Positions 9,783 to 18,304 of a DNA stretch of 64,000 nt are shown in pieces (within the stretch, counting starts at the first letter, position 1; each line of letters starts with the position of its first letter). Both the position numbers and the translations under genes were made by a program. The DNA is taken from assembly GCA_964552325.1 (NCBI GenBank), contig CAZKHA010000003.1, positions 671 through 64,670 on the forward strand, in the 5' to 3' direction. This DNA comes from an uncultured Bacteroidales bacterium (lineage in GTDB: Bacteria > Bacteroidota > Bacteroidia > Bacteroidales > TTA-H9). The notes below the pieces were generated by a model that saw nothing but the letters and a program-made list of their open reading frames with translations, was not told the origin of the DNA and searched no databases.

Positions 9783-10961
9783 TTATTCGTTGCCCGAGTA
9801 AAAGCAATTGGCTCGTCTTATTGCTTTTGGGCCATATCGTAAGCGGATTTTATCCATGGCTTGGCAAAGATTTATAAGTTCTGGGGTGTCTTCAAACAAA
9901 TCAAGTTGTTGTACGCCATTAACCAAATGGCTGAACCTTAATCCAATAAGCCTTATGAGCATTCGGCGTTGGTAGAGCCTGTCAAATAGTTCGAGCGAAG
10001 TGGCAATAAGTTGATGGTCGAGCGAAGTGTAGGGCAGTTGTTTTTGTAGGGTGTGGGTATCGAAGTTTGAATAGCGTATTTTTACGGTAATACAAGATGT
10101 TAGCTTTTCTTCCTTGCGTAGCTGAAAGGCAAGTTTTTCGGCCATGTGCGAAATGATGTCCTTCATACGGCTTACGTTGGTGGTATCTTGTTCAAAAGTG
10201 GTTTCATGGCTCATCGATTTTTGTTCGGAGTAGGGGACAACCGGCGTAAGATCAATGCCATTGGCCTTTTTCCAGAGCATTAGGCCGTTTTTGCCCATCA
10301 GGCGTTCCATCATTTCGGGTGGGATGTCGCTTAGCAATTCAATAGTTGTGATGCCCATCGAGCGCAGTGTCTGGAAGGTTTTTTCGCCTATCATGGGTAT
10401 CTTGCGAATAGAAAGCGGTGATAAAAAGGGCTTTACATTTGGCTGAGGAACTTCTTTCTCGCCATTGGGCTTGGCTTCGCCCGTGGCTATCTTGGCCACG
10501 GTTTTATTAATGGAAAGTCCAAATGAAATGGGCAAGCCCGTGTTTTTTATAATGGTCTCCCTTAGCTCATGGGTCCATTTGTAGCACCCAAAAAAACGAT
10601 CCATGCCTGTTATGTCAAGGTAATGCTCATCAATGGACGCTTTTTCGTAAACCGGTGCTTTTTCGGCCACTATATCGGTTACGGTTTTCGACAACCGACT
10701 GTAAAGCTCCATATCGCCACGTATATATACCGCCTCTGGGCAAAGCAATTTGGCTGTTTTTATGGGCATGGCCGAGTGTACGCCAAAATTCCTCGCCTCG
10801 TAACTGCAACTCGATACCACCCCGCGGTCGCCCATACCTCCAATTACCACGGGCTTATTCTTTAAGCTGCTGTTTATTAGCCGCTCAGCCGAAACAAAGA
10901 AGGTGTCCAAATCAAAGTGTACAATGGTGCGCCCTGATTGTTGATACGGGTTTTTGAACAT
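9783..10961 (-). CDS. dinB: DNA polymerase IV (Y-family translesion polymerase)
   Basis: IVHFDLDTFFVSAE catalytic motif. SCSYEARNFGVHSAMP and the palm/thumb/little-finger length (392 aa) are typical of DinB. Confidence 0.9.
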   Translation of the reverse strand: MFKNPYQQSGRTIVHFDLDTFFVSAERLINSSLKNKPVVIGGMGDRGVVSSCSYEARNFGVHSAMPIKTAKLLCPEAVYIRGDMELYSRLSKTVTDIVAEKAPVYEKASIDEHYLDITGMDRFFGCYKWTHELRETIIKNTGLPISFGLSINKTVAKIATGEAKPNGEKEVPQPNVKPFLSPLSIRKIPMIGEKTFQTLRSMGITTIELLSDIPPEMMERLMGKNGLMLWKKANGIDLTPVVPYSEQKSMSHETTFEQDTTNVSRMKDIISHMAEKLAFQLRKEEKLTSCITVKIRYSNFDTHTLQKQLPYTSLDHQLIATSLELFDRLYQRRMLIRLIGLRFSHLVNGVQQLDLFEDTPELINLCQAMDKIRLRYGPKAIRRANCFYSGNE

Positions 10962-10997
10962 AAGTTTTGTGTTTTAAGAGCCGGTATGACTAAAATT

Positions 10998-11015
10998 TAA
11001 TCAAAAATTTGATTA
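10998..11015. promoter_or_regulatory. Inverted repeat TAATCAAA-aa-TTTGATTA between dinB and the LexA-like gene (candidate operator)
   Basis: 8-bp perfect arms with a 2-nt spacer. Lies 30 nt upstream of the -7 box of the LexA-like gene and 37 nt from the dinB ATG. Confidence 0.35.
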
Positions 11016-11044
11016 CAATATAGTCGTTTTTGCCAAAACTTGTG

Positions 11045-11052
11045 TATATTTG
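11045..11052 (+). promoter_or_regulatory. Candidate -7 box (TATATTTG) for the LexA-like gene
   Basis: TAnnTTTG match with a TTTG about 17 nt upstream (11028-11031). Lies 49 nt before the ATG at 11101. Confidence 0.45.
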
Positions 11053-11100
11053 CAGTGAAAAATTTTGCGAGAATTGTATAACTTTAATTGTCAGTAGTAT

Positions 11101-11904
11101 ATGTTTTTTGCCCAAAACATCAAGTTGTTGCGCAAGCGCAGGAACCGAACACAAGACGATGTGGCTCAAGCCATCGACATGAAACGATCAACCGTAAGTG
11201 GATACGAAAACGGGGTTGCGGAGCCTGGCATGATGGCTTTGGTAGCCTTCTCAGAATACTTCAAGATAGCAGTTGATACATTAATAAGAGTAGATCTTTC
11301 GTTGCTGCCCGAAAGTCAAATGTCGCAATTGGAACGTGGGTACGATATTTTTATAAAAGGCAGCAGCCTGAGGGTATTGGCAACCACGGTCAATTCGCAG
11401 AACAACGAAAATGTGGAGTTGGTCAGCGAAAAAGCCAAGGCGGGATATCGCACCGGATATGCCGATCCTGAGTATGTTAGCATACTTCCCACCTTTAGCC
11501 TTCCCTTTCTGTCGCGCGAAAAGAAATACCGCTCGTTCCAAATCAGTGGCGATTCAATGTTGCCAATACCCGATGGGGCCTTTGTTACAGGCGAATACGT
11601 GCAAAACTGGAATATGATTCGCAGCCGCCAAGCCTATATCATCCTTACGCTTGACGATGGCATCGTTTTTAAAGTCGTTGAAAACAGGATAAATACCGAT
11701 TACCGACTCAAACTCTATTCCCTTAATCCACGCTATGAACCCTACGAAATTGATATAAAAGATGTTAGAGAGGTTTGGCGGTTTATTCATTACATTTCGG
11801 ATGAGCTTCCCGAACCCGATAAAATGGCCGATGACCTAGCTGGTTCTATCCGTGAACTACGCCGCGATATAAAAGCCATTCAAACCAAGCTCAATTTAGA
11901 CTAA
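11101..11904 (+). CDS. LexA-like repressor: XRE-type HTH fused to S24 peptidase
   Basis: HTH NIKLLRKRRNRTQDDVAQAIDMKRSTVSGYENG. The linker has Ala-Gly (EKAKAGYR). S24 Ser in ISGDSMLP and Lys in IVFKVVEN. Divergent from dinB. Confidence 0.75.
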   Translation: MFFAQNIKLLRKRRNRTQDDVAQAIDMKRSTVSGYENGVAEPGMMALVAFSEYFKIAVDTLIRVDLSLLPESQMSQLERGYDIFIKGSSLRVLATTVNSQNNENVELVSEKAKAGYRTGYADPEYVSILPTFSLPFLSREKKYRSFQISGDSMLPIPDGAFVTGEYVQNWNMIRSRQAYIILTLDDGIVFKVVENRINTDYRLKLYSLNPRYEPYEIDIKDVREVWRFIHYISDELPEPDKMADDLAGSIRELRRDIKAIQTKLNLD

Positions 11905-11922
11905 GCTAAAAATCAGCGCGTA

Positions 11923-13269
11923 GTGTATTCTATAGTTGATATTGAGACCACAGGCACCAGTGCGCCTGGTGAGAAAATTACCGAGATAGCCATTTTTGTG
12001 TTTGATGGCGAACGTATTGTTGATGAGTTTGTTACGCTTATCAACCCTGAGAAGAAGATACCCTACCGCATAACACAGCTAACGGGTATAACCGATAAGA
12101 TGGTTGAAGATGCACCCCGGTTTTGCGAAGTGGCCCGTAAGATTGTTGAAATAACCGAAAACACCGTATTTGTGGCCCACAACGTGGGGTTCGATTATGG
12201 TTTTGTGCGAAATGAGTTCAAAAGCCTGGGTTATGAATACCAACGCGAAAAACTTTGTACGGTGCGGCTGAGCCGAAAACTTGTGCCAGGACTAGCGTCC
12301 TATAGCTTGGGCAATTTGTGCCAATCGCTCGATATCAACATTAAAAACCGCCACCGTGCTGCAGGCGATGCACTTGCCACCGTAAAACTGTTCCAGCATC
12401 TTTTAGCTATCGATAGCCGTCCAATGCAGGTAAACCTTAAGGGAACCAATTCGTCTCTTAACCCTGACATTGTGCATAAACTGCCCGAAGAACCAGGGGT
12501 TTATTACTTTCATAATAAAGAAGGTGCGGTTATTTACATTGGCAAAAGCCTTTGCATCCGCGATAGGATAAAACAACATTTGATAAATGAAACTACGCAG
12601 AAGGCCCTTGAGATGAAATATGCCGTTCAGGATGTTTCGTATGAGCTTACAGGTAGCGATCTTGTAGCTCAATTGCTTGAATCGGAAGAAATTAAAAACC
12701 ATATGCCTGTTTATAACCGGGCTCAGCGACGCATTGGCTTTAATCTCGGTTTGTATTTGCATGTAGCTCCTACGGGCTATCACCACCTTCGTATCGAAAA
12801 GTTGGATAATGCCAAACAAGCCATTACCTCGTTCAATTCAATGGCCGCTGCCAAACGATACCTATTCGACCTGTGTGAACAACATAGTCTCTGCCAAAAA
12901 CTATGTGGATTGTATAAAACCGAAGGCGCTTGTTTTCAGCATACTATTGGCAGTTGCTTGGGTGCTTGCTTGGGCTTGGAGCCACCCGAAACCTATAATG
13001 CCAGGGTAGAGGCGGCTTTGGCTCCCATCCGGTTCGATAACGATAATTTCTTCATCATCGATAAAGGTAGGCGGTTTAACGAACGTTCTGTTGTTCAGGT
13101 ACATGGTGGATGCTATGTGGGTTATGGTTATATTGATATGGATACAGGCTATGGCACCATAAATGATTTACAGGAATGCATAAGGCCGCATCAAGATACC
13201 CGCGATATCCGGCAGATTATTCGTTCGTATCTTAGGTTTCACAAATACCAAAAGTTTATAGCTTATTAA
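11923..13269 (+). CDS. DEDDh 3'-5' exonuclease (DnaQ-like) fused to GIY-YIG nuclease domain
   Basis: GTG start. Exo motifs IVDIETTG, FVAHNVGFDYGF, HRAAGDALAT. GIY-YIG motif PGVYYFHNKEGAVIYIGKS...IRDRIKQH. Starts 19 nt after the LexA-like gene. Confidence 0.8.
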   Translation: MYSIVDIETTGTSAPGEKITEIAIFVFDGERIVDEFVTLINPEKKIPYRITQLTGITDKMVEDAPRFCEVARKIVEITENTVFVAHNVGFDYGFVRNEFKSLGYEYQREKLCTVRLSRKLVPGLASYSLGNLCQSLDINIKNRHRAAGDALATVKLFQHLLAIDSRPMQVNLKGTNSSLNPDIVHKLPEEPGVYYFHNKEGAVIYIGKSLCIRDRIKQHLINETTQKALEMKYAVQDVSYELTGSDLVAQLLESEEIKNHMPVYNRAQRRIGFNLGLYLHVAPTGYHHLRIEKLDNAKQAITSFNSMAAAKRYLFDLCEQHSLCQKLCGLYKTEGACFQHTIGSCLGACLGLEPPETYNARVEAALAPIRFDNDNFFIIDKGRRFNERSVVQVHGGCYVGYGYIDMDTGYGTINDLQECIRPHQDTRDIRQIIRSYLRFHKYQKFIAY

Positions 13270-13323
13270 TGTTCGAAGTGTGTTGATAGCTTAGCGATGT
13301 TTTACTCTTTCGGGAGAAAAACT

Positions 13324-13331
13324 TAATTTTG
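13324..13331 (+). promoter_or_regulatory. Candidate -7 box (TAATTTTG) for the NPP gene
   Basis: TAnnTTTG match, 17 nt before the ATG at 13348. Confidence 0.45.
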
Positions 13332-13347
13332 CCCAAAACATTTCCTC

Positions 13348-14610
13348 ATGACAAAAAATACCAAGCGCATTGTACTTGCTTTCTTCGTTGTTGCCATTGC
13401 TGGCATTGCCATTTTCTTTTGTGCTCAAAACAAGGATAAAGCTTCACAAAATCAGCCTTATTTGGTTGTTCTTTCATTGGATGGCTTTCGTTGGGATTAT
13501 GCTTCATCATTTTCGTTGCCCAATTTAGGCCAAATGGCGCAAGAAGGTGTTTCGGCAGATGCCCTTATCCCATCCTTCCCTACCAAAACATTTCCAAACC
13601 ATTACAGCATGGCCACGGGACTTTATCCTGATAATCATGGTATTATATTGAATAATTTTTTCAATACCAGCCTCAATAAGCAATTTGTGGCCGGCGACCC
13701 TGCCAGTGTTGGTGATGCAAACTTTTTTGGTGGCGAGCCAATTTGGGCAACTGCCGAAAAACAAAATTTACGGACAGCTAATTATTTTTGGGTTGGCTCC
13801 GAAGCCCCTACGGGCGGTGTTTCGCCCTCCATTTGGAAAAAATATGATCATAACATGCCATTTACGGCTCGAATAGATTCAGTAATTAGCTGGTTGCAAT
13901 TGCCTGATAGCAAAAGGCCACATCTTATCATGTGGTATATGCACGAACCTGATGCCATAGGGCATGCAAATGGCCCAAGGGGAGAGCAAACCAAAAAAAC
14001 GGTTGTTTATCTCGATTCTTTGATAGGGGTTTTTCGTGCTAAATTAAAGGAATTGCCTATTGGAGAGCAAGTTAATTTTATGGTTGTTTCTGATCATGGA
14101 ATGGGCGAAATTGCGCCAGAGCGCACCTTATACCTTGATGAATTGGTTCCACGCTACTGGTTAGGACGTTGCAATGCAGAAAGTGTTATAATGAACCTGA
14201 GTGCCATTGATGCCTATAAAGATTCATTATACAATCGCTTACAAAAAGTAGAACACCTTAAGGTTTGGAAAAAGGAAGAAGTACCTGCAAGGCTGCATTA
14301 TGGCAAAAACCCCAACCTGGTCGATTTGGTTGTGGTTGCTGATAGCGCATGGAACATTTTGGTTACTAACGATCAAAATCAACTCTATTCAAAAGGTGCC
14401 CATGGCTATGATAATCAGAATAAAGATATGCATGGCATCTTTTATGCCGTTGGGCCAGCCTTCAAAAAAGGATACAAACAAACTGCGTTTGAAAACGTAA
14501 ACCTTTATCCCTTATTTGCGAAAATTTTGGGTGTAACTCCCGCCAAGGTTGATGGAACCTTAGAGCCAGTTCAAGGTATGCTTGTTGAACCAGAGGAAGT
14601 TAAAAAATAA
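13348..14610 (+). CDS. Ectonucleotide pyrophosphatase/phosphodiesterase (NPP, alkaline-phosphatase superfamily), membrane-anchored or secreted
   Basis: N-terminal TM/signal. LVVLSLDGFRWDY and FPTKTFPNHYSMATGLYPDNHGI (nucleophile Thr motif). HEPDAIGH and VSDHGM metal ligands. Confidence 0.8.
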   Translation: MTKNTKRIVLAFFVVAIAGIAIFFCAQNKDKASQNQPYLVVLSLDGFRWDYASSFSLPNLGQMAQEGVSADALIPSFPTKTFPNHYSMATGLYPDNHGIILNNFFNTSLNKQFVAGDPASVGDANFFGGEPIWATAEKQNLRTANYFWVGSEAPTGGVSPSIWKKYDHNMPFTARIDSVISWLQLPDSKRPHLIMWYMHEPDAIGHANGPRGEQTKKTVVYLDSLIGVFRAKLKELPIGEQVNFMVVSDHGMGEIAPERTLYLDELVPRYWLGRCNAESVIMNLSAIDAYKDSLYNRLQKVEHLKVWKKEEVPARLHYGKNPNLVDLVVVADSAWNILVTNDQNQLYSKGAHGYDNQNKDMHGIFYAVGPAFKKGYKQTAFENVNLYPLFAKILGVTPAKVDGTLEPVQGMLVEPEEVKK

Positions 14611-15361
14611 AGACATCGGGAGGATACTCCACATTCTCTAAAAAAAGACCCTGTGCTGGCACCGACATACCTGCCTCGCAGCGGTCTTTTTTATTGATTA
14701 AGGTTTGGAAGTGTTCTAGACTTAGTTGTTTTTGGCCAACTTTCCAGAGCGTACCCACGATGGCACGTACCATGTTTCGTAAAAATCTATCTGCCTTAAT
14801 GTTAAAGGTAAGCAAATCGCCTTCTTGTTGCCAATACGCTTCAACCACGTTACAATTATTGGTGGCCGTTTGGGTGTGAAGTTTCGAAAAGCTCGTGAAA
14901 TCAGTAGTCTGCAGCAAGATTTTGCAGGCTTGTTCCATTAAGTCAATATCGGGCTGTTTGGGTTGCTGCCAGGCATAACCACGGTTAAAGGGGTTTTTGG
15001 CCAACTGAATATAATACGTATAACTCCGCCATTGTGCGCTAAAACGCGCATGGGCTTCCTTATTAACGCGTTTTATGTTGTAAATGGAAATATCGTTGGG
15101 CAGAAATCTGTTCAGGCGGTGTGAAAGTTGTGCAAGTTGCACATCGTCTTGGGGCCGATAGTTGAAATGCGCATAAAAATTTCGGGCATGAACACCCGTA
15201 TCGGTTCTTCCACAACCTGTTATGGATATTTGAGTACTCGTAAGCAGGCTTATTGCTTCTTCAATTTTTTGCTGTACGGTAATGGCGTTGTTTTGTACTT
15301 GCCACCCGTAATAAGCAGTGCCATCATACGAAAGGTGAATGAAATACCTTTCTGTGTCCAC
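14600..15361 (-). CDS. truA: tRNA pseudouridine(38-40) synthase
   Basis: YDGTAYYGWQVQ and catalytic GRTDTGVHA motifs; 253 aa. The 3' end overlaps the convergent NPP gene by 11 nt. Confidence 0.9.
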   Translation of the reverse strand: MDTERYFIHLSYDGTAYYGWQVQNNAITVQQKIEEAISLLTSTQISITGCGRTDTGVHARNFYAHFNYRPQDDVQLAQLSHRLNRFLPNDISIYNIKRVNKEAHARFSAQWRSYTYYIQLAKNPFNRGYAWQQPKQPDIDLMEQACKILLQTTDFTSFSKLHTQTATNNCNVVEAYWQQEGDLLTFNIKADRFLRNMVRAIVGTLWKVGQKQLSLEHFQTLINKKDRCEAGMSVPAQGLFLENVEYPPDVFIF

Positions 15362-15378
15362 TTGATTTATTGTAAAGG

Positions 15379-15633
15379 TTATTGGAAAATCATTTTTTGA
15401 ACTTCAACTCCCGGCAAGTTCCTCAATTCTTTTTCAAGAAGATCCATTTCTGTTTCAAGGCCTAGTAATTCCAGTAAAATAATGCCTTCGGGGCTGCAAT
15501 TATCTTCTACAACTTCATGTAGGCCTAATCGTGTCTTAATGGTACAACCATATTTTGTAAGGATGTTCTGTACGCTTTGGTTAACCTGGCTACGGTTGCT
15601 GATACGAATCCCTAAAATCCTTATTTCGCTCAT
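15379..15633 (-). CDS. Small ACT-like protein resembling the TM1266 'iron-only hydrogenase system regulator' family
   Basis: 84 aa. The pattern ILGIRISNRS...VNQSVQNILTKYGCTIKTRLGLH...GIILLELLG...LEKELRNLPGVEVQKM matches my recollection of TM1266-type beta-alpha-beta-beta-alpha-beta proteins. Sits 17 nt upstream of truA on the same strand. Confidence 0.4.
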   Translation of the reverse strand: MSEIRILGIRISNRSQVNQSVQNILTKYGCTIKTRLGLHEVVEDNCSPEGIILLELLGLETEMDLLEKELRNLPGVEVQKMIFQ

Positions 15634-15687
15634 AATGTTTGTGTTAAAGAGTTATTGGTTTATAATCACAAAAAAGGCAGTTGCTTA

Positions 15688-15695
15688 CAAAAGTA
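15688..15695 (-). promoter_or_regulatory. Candidate -7 box (TACTTTTG) for the ACT-like gene / truA operon
   Basis: TAnnTTTG match on the minus strand, about 55 nt upstream of the ATG at 15633. Confidence 0.35.
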
Positions 15696-15821
15696 CGTAA
15701 AAAGAAGAATCAGCTTCGCATGGGTGCGAAATATAATGAAGACGGTAAGCTGTTCTGATTAGGTTTTGCAATAACTTATTACCTTCAAATGGGTTAGGGT
15801 TTTTGATAGCAAATAAAGCAC

Positions 15822-15850
15822 AAAAAAAGGGCATTGCTCCCGCAGTGCCC
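15822..15850 (-). terminator. Rho-independent terminator after the PH-like gene
   Basis: Minus-strand RNA reads GGGCACUGC-GGGA-GCAAUGCCC followed by UUUUUUU. Confidence 0.6.
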
Positions 15851-15919
15851 TTTCTCCAATTACCATTGTAATTTCAAATAATCCAGATGATAAATCTACT
15901 CTAATCTATATTAAATGCT

Positions 15920-16228
15920 CTAACACATTTTCGCTATCATTTCGCCCCAATTCTCACGGGTCTTTAACAAGAATTTTAGCTCTTTGCCACATTTGGTTAC
16001 AATTGATAATCCATTGTTTGAAAACCAACCTGTTTTAAAATACATTACGTCTTGTATCTCATTGGGAAGTACTTCAATATCAAAGCAATCTTCGGCTGAA
16101 GCATTCTTTTTGAAATAAATCCGTTGATTCGTTAGTATTAGTTTGCCAGGTGTAGTTACAACATCGGTCAAATGGCTTGAATCGCCAGCCTTAAGTACAA
16201 CTTCATTTGGTTTCAATTTAACAAACAT
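15920..16228 (-). CDS. Small GRAM/bacterial PH-like domain protein
   Basis: 102 aa. GKLILTNQRIYFKK is typical of GRAM/PH-like folds. Followed by a good intrinsic terminator. Confidence 0.4.
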   Translation of the reverse strand: MFVKLKPNEVVLKAGDSSHLTDVVTTPGKLILTNQRIYFKKNASAEDCFDIEVLPNEIQDVMYFKTGWFSNNGLSIVTKCGKELKFLLKTRENWGEMIAKMC

Positions 16229-16568
16229 GACAATCTGTTTAGCTGTGAAAATCAGGACATAACCACTTACTAAAACATTATGCCAAAAAAGCTATTGTAT
16301 TTATAATAAGCTATTTGTGAAATTGTTAACACTTTTTAACCCCCCAAAATGTTCGGATATGTGCTATTTGTGTTCGGTTTTATGGCAATTGTAGGCTCTT
16401 TTGCGCCTAGTTGTACAGTTTTAGGTTTGAATTGTGTTTGTTTGAACCTCTTTTGTTGTGTTTTTTAGGGATTATAATGCAATGTTTAACAAAAGTTTAA
16501 CATTTTAGGGTTTCAAGTCGGTTGCATTATGCGTTTTGCGACGATGGTTTTATTTAGCTATTTTTGGC

Positions 16569-16576
16569 AACCTTTT
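16569..16576 (+). promoter_or_regulatory. Candidate -7 box (TATTTTTG) for the LpxR-like lipoprotein gene
   Basis: TAnnTTTG match, 31 nt before the ATG at 16607. Confidence 0.4.
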
Positions 16577-16606
16577 ACCAACCTATCCGTTAAACGAGAT
16601 TTAGTA

Positions 16607-18190
16607 ATGCCTCGGCCATTGAAAAATAGCCTCTTGCTTGTGTTTTTTAGTGCTTTTTTGCTTTCATCTTGCCAACAAGAAGAAAAAGTTAAAAGGTCAA
16701 CAAAGCCCTTGCTCGTTCAAAGCGAGGCTATGGTGTTTTATTATCCTGATTCATTGGCAGTTGATTCGCTAAAAGCATTAGTTTCGGAACACTATTTTGT
16801 TGTTTTAGATAGCCTTACACATAAAAATAGCCAACTTCGCAGCCTTTGCACAACCCAAAAATTACGAGCAGTTTCAACGGATGAGCCTCTGCTACTTTTT
16901 GAAGTTAAGCCAGGAGTAAAGGTAAGTATTGACACACGCAAACTGCCTGATATTGCTGGTGTTATAGCCTTTAAACCTGGTAGTTATCCACTGGTTTTGA
17001 GTTGTAAGGGTTTTCAGAACCAAGTTAATAGCTACTTTAATTGGGACGATACCTTAACGCGTGTGCCTGAGCCTAAAACACTTTCAAGATTAAAGAAACC
17101 AAAAATTCATAGACAAGTAGATTTAGATACAAGCTCAATCCAGCTAGGTGATTCAACCAAAGAGTTTGCAAGGCAAGCAGATAGCATCGGTTGGATGCAA
17201 CGATTGTTTAGCAAGTTTTTCACATTATTAAAACCGGAAGTAAACCGAACTTCCACACCCATACCAAAAGTGGCGGCCAATATGGCATTTGTAAGTCAAA
17301 AGCAGGTACTAGAGGTTTTTTTAGAAAACGATATTTTTTTTGGAACCGATATATGGTATTCTAATGGTGTGAACATTAATATTGTAAGCCCAATTTGGCA
17401 AGCCTCGCCGGTGGCTAAGGTGTTAATTCCTTATAAAGGCAAATCCCTTAATTTTTATGGGCTTTCTATCCTACAAACCATGTTTACGCCCAAATATCCA
17501 ACATGGGAGGGTATCCAATACGATGATCGTCCATTTGGTTCTTATTTAATGCTGGGGCACTCAAAGTTAAGTACTATTCCTGATCACAAGTTACGCATAT
17601 CGAGCTGTTTCTATCTTGGTGTAATTGGAAAATACGCGTTGGGTGGCGATATTCAAAGCTTTTTGCATGGAGCCGAAAAACGCCCAATTGGTTGGGCAAA
17701 TCAAATAGCCAACGACTTACTTATTAATTATAATGTTGAGGTTGAGAAAGCCTTGTTCTCAAGCGAAAAGTCGGCTATAAGCCTACTTTCTGGTATAAAA
17801 GCAGGCAGTTTGCACACCAATGCTTCGCTTGGTTTTCGGTACCAATGGGCCAACTTAACTGATTATTTTTATGATCCCTATCCAAGTTCTACATCGCAAG
17901 ATTCTTGGAATCAAATCCTTAAAAAGCTTAAGTATTCCTTTGTTATCTCCTCTACTATTACAGGTGTGGCTTACGATGCTTCCTTACAAGGCGGAATGTT
18001 TAACAAAACAAGTCCTTATGTTATTGGCGATGATCGTTTAAAGCGTTTTATTTCAGCTTCATCAATAGGAGTGGGGCTTGCTTACAAGCAGTTTGCTTTT
18101 GATATGAGTGGCTTTATGATAAGCCCTGAATTTGATCCTCAAAAGCGTTGGCATAAGTGGGCACGGCTACAAGTAACATATGCTTTTTGA
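16607..18190 (+). CDS. Lipoprotein with C-terminal LpxR-like (lipid A 3'-O-deacylase family) beta-barrel domain and unknown N-terminal domain
   Basis: ATG at 16607 gives MPRPLKNSLLLVFFSAFLLSSCQQ (lipobox). A -7 box at 16569-16576 lies inside the longer ORF-track version. The C-terminal ~290 aa start LENDIFFGTDIWYSNG, as in LpxR/DUF2219 family proteins. Confidence 0.5.
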   Translation: MPRPLKNSLLLVFFSAFLLSSCQQEEKVKRSTKPLLVQSEAMVFYYPDSLAVDSLKALVSEHYFVVLDSLTHKNSQLRSLCTTQKLRAVSTDEPLLLFEVKPGVKVSIDTRKLPDIAGVIAFKPGSYPLVLSCKGFQNQVNSYFNWDDTLTRVPEPKTLSRLKKPKIHRQVDLDTSSIQLGDSTKEFARQADSIGWMQRLFSKFFTLLKPEVNRTSTPIPKVAANMAFVSQKQVLEVFLENDIFFGTDIWYSNGVNINIVSPIWQASPVAKVLIPYKGKSLNFYGLSILQTMFTPKYPTWEGIQYDDRPFGSYLMLGHSKLSTIPDHKLRISSCFYLGVIGKYALGGDIQSFLHGAEKRPIGWANQIANDLLINYNVEVEKALFSSEKSAISLLSGIKAGSLHTNASLGFRYQWANLTDYFYDPYPSSTSQDSWNQILKKLKYSFVISSTITGVAYDASLQGGMFNKTSPYVIGDDRLKRFISASSIGVGLAYKQFAFDMSGFMISPEFDPQKRWHKWARLQVTYAF

Positions 18191-18274
18191 AGTTAAAATA
18201 TTTATTATATGCAATTTATATAAAAGTTGCGGACTGTTTAACGTAGTTTGTGATTGCTTTTTGTACAGAAACAG

Positions 18275-18282
18275 TATTTTTG
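18275..18282 (+). promoter_or_regulatory. Candidate -7 box (TATTTTTG) for treS
   Basis: TAnnTTTG match, 23 nt before the ATG at 18305. Confidence 0.45.
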
Positions 18283-18304
18283 TGGATTAAATAGAACACT
18301 GCCT

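Noticed and set aside
12403-12819. 138-aa antisense ORF inside the exonuclease/GIY-YIG gene, along with similar antisense ORFs at 43944-44333, 57610-58002, 59676-60065, 25355-25699 and 62619-62918
   Set aside because: All are fully nested in genes with strong family motifs on the other strand and have no features of their own. I treat them as shadow ORFs.
14600-14610. 11-nt convergent overlap of the NPP and truA 3' ends
   Set aside because: This is a real but common arrangement, with no evidence of a regulatory role.
15714-15729. Hairpin TTCGCA-TGGG-TGCGAA between the PH-like gene terminator and the ACT-like gene promoter
   Set aside because: The stem is only 6 bp. A much better terminator already lies at 15822-15850, so no function can be argued.
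16484-16502. Direct repeat GTTTAACA-aaa-GTTTAACA upstream of the LpxR-like gene
   Set aside because: It is short and AT-rich, and lies about 70 nt upstream of the predicted -7 box. I cannot distinguish it from chance without conservation data.
16529-16606. N-terminal extensions given by the ORF track (also 18254-18304, 29823-29849, 33492-33602, 36051-36089, 58265-58378, 60622-60765)
   Set aside because: The extensions start at TTG/GTG or upstream codons. They contain predicted promoter boxes or lack signal-peptide logic. Downstream ATGs give canonical signal peptides, lipoboxes or domain starts.
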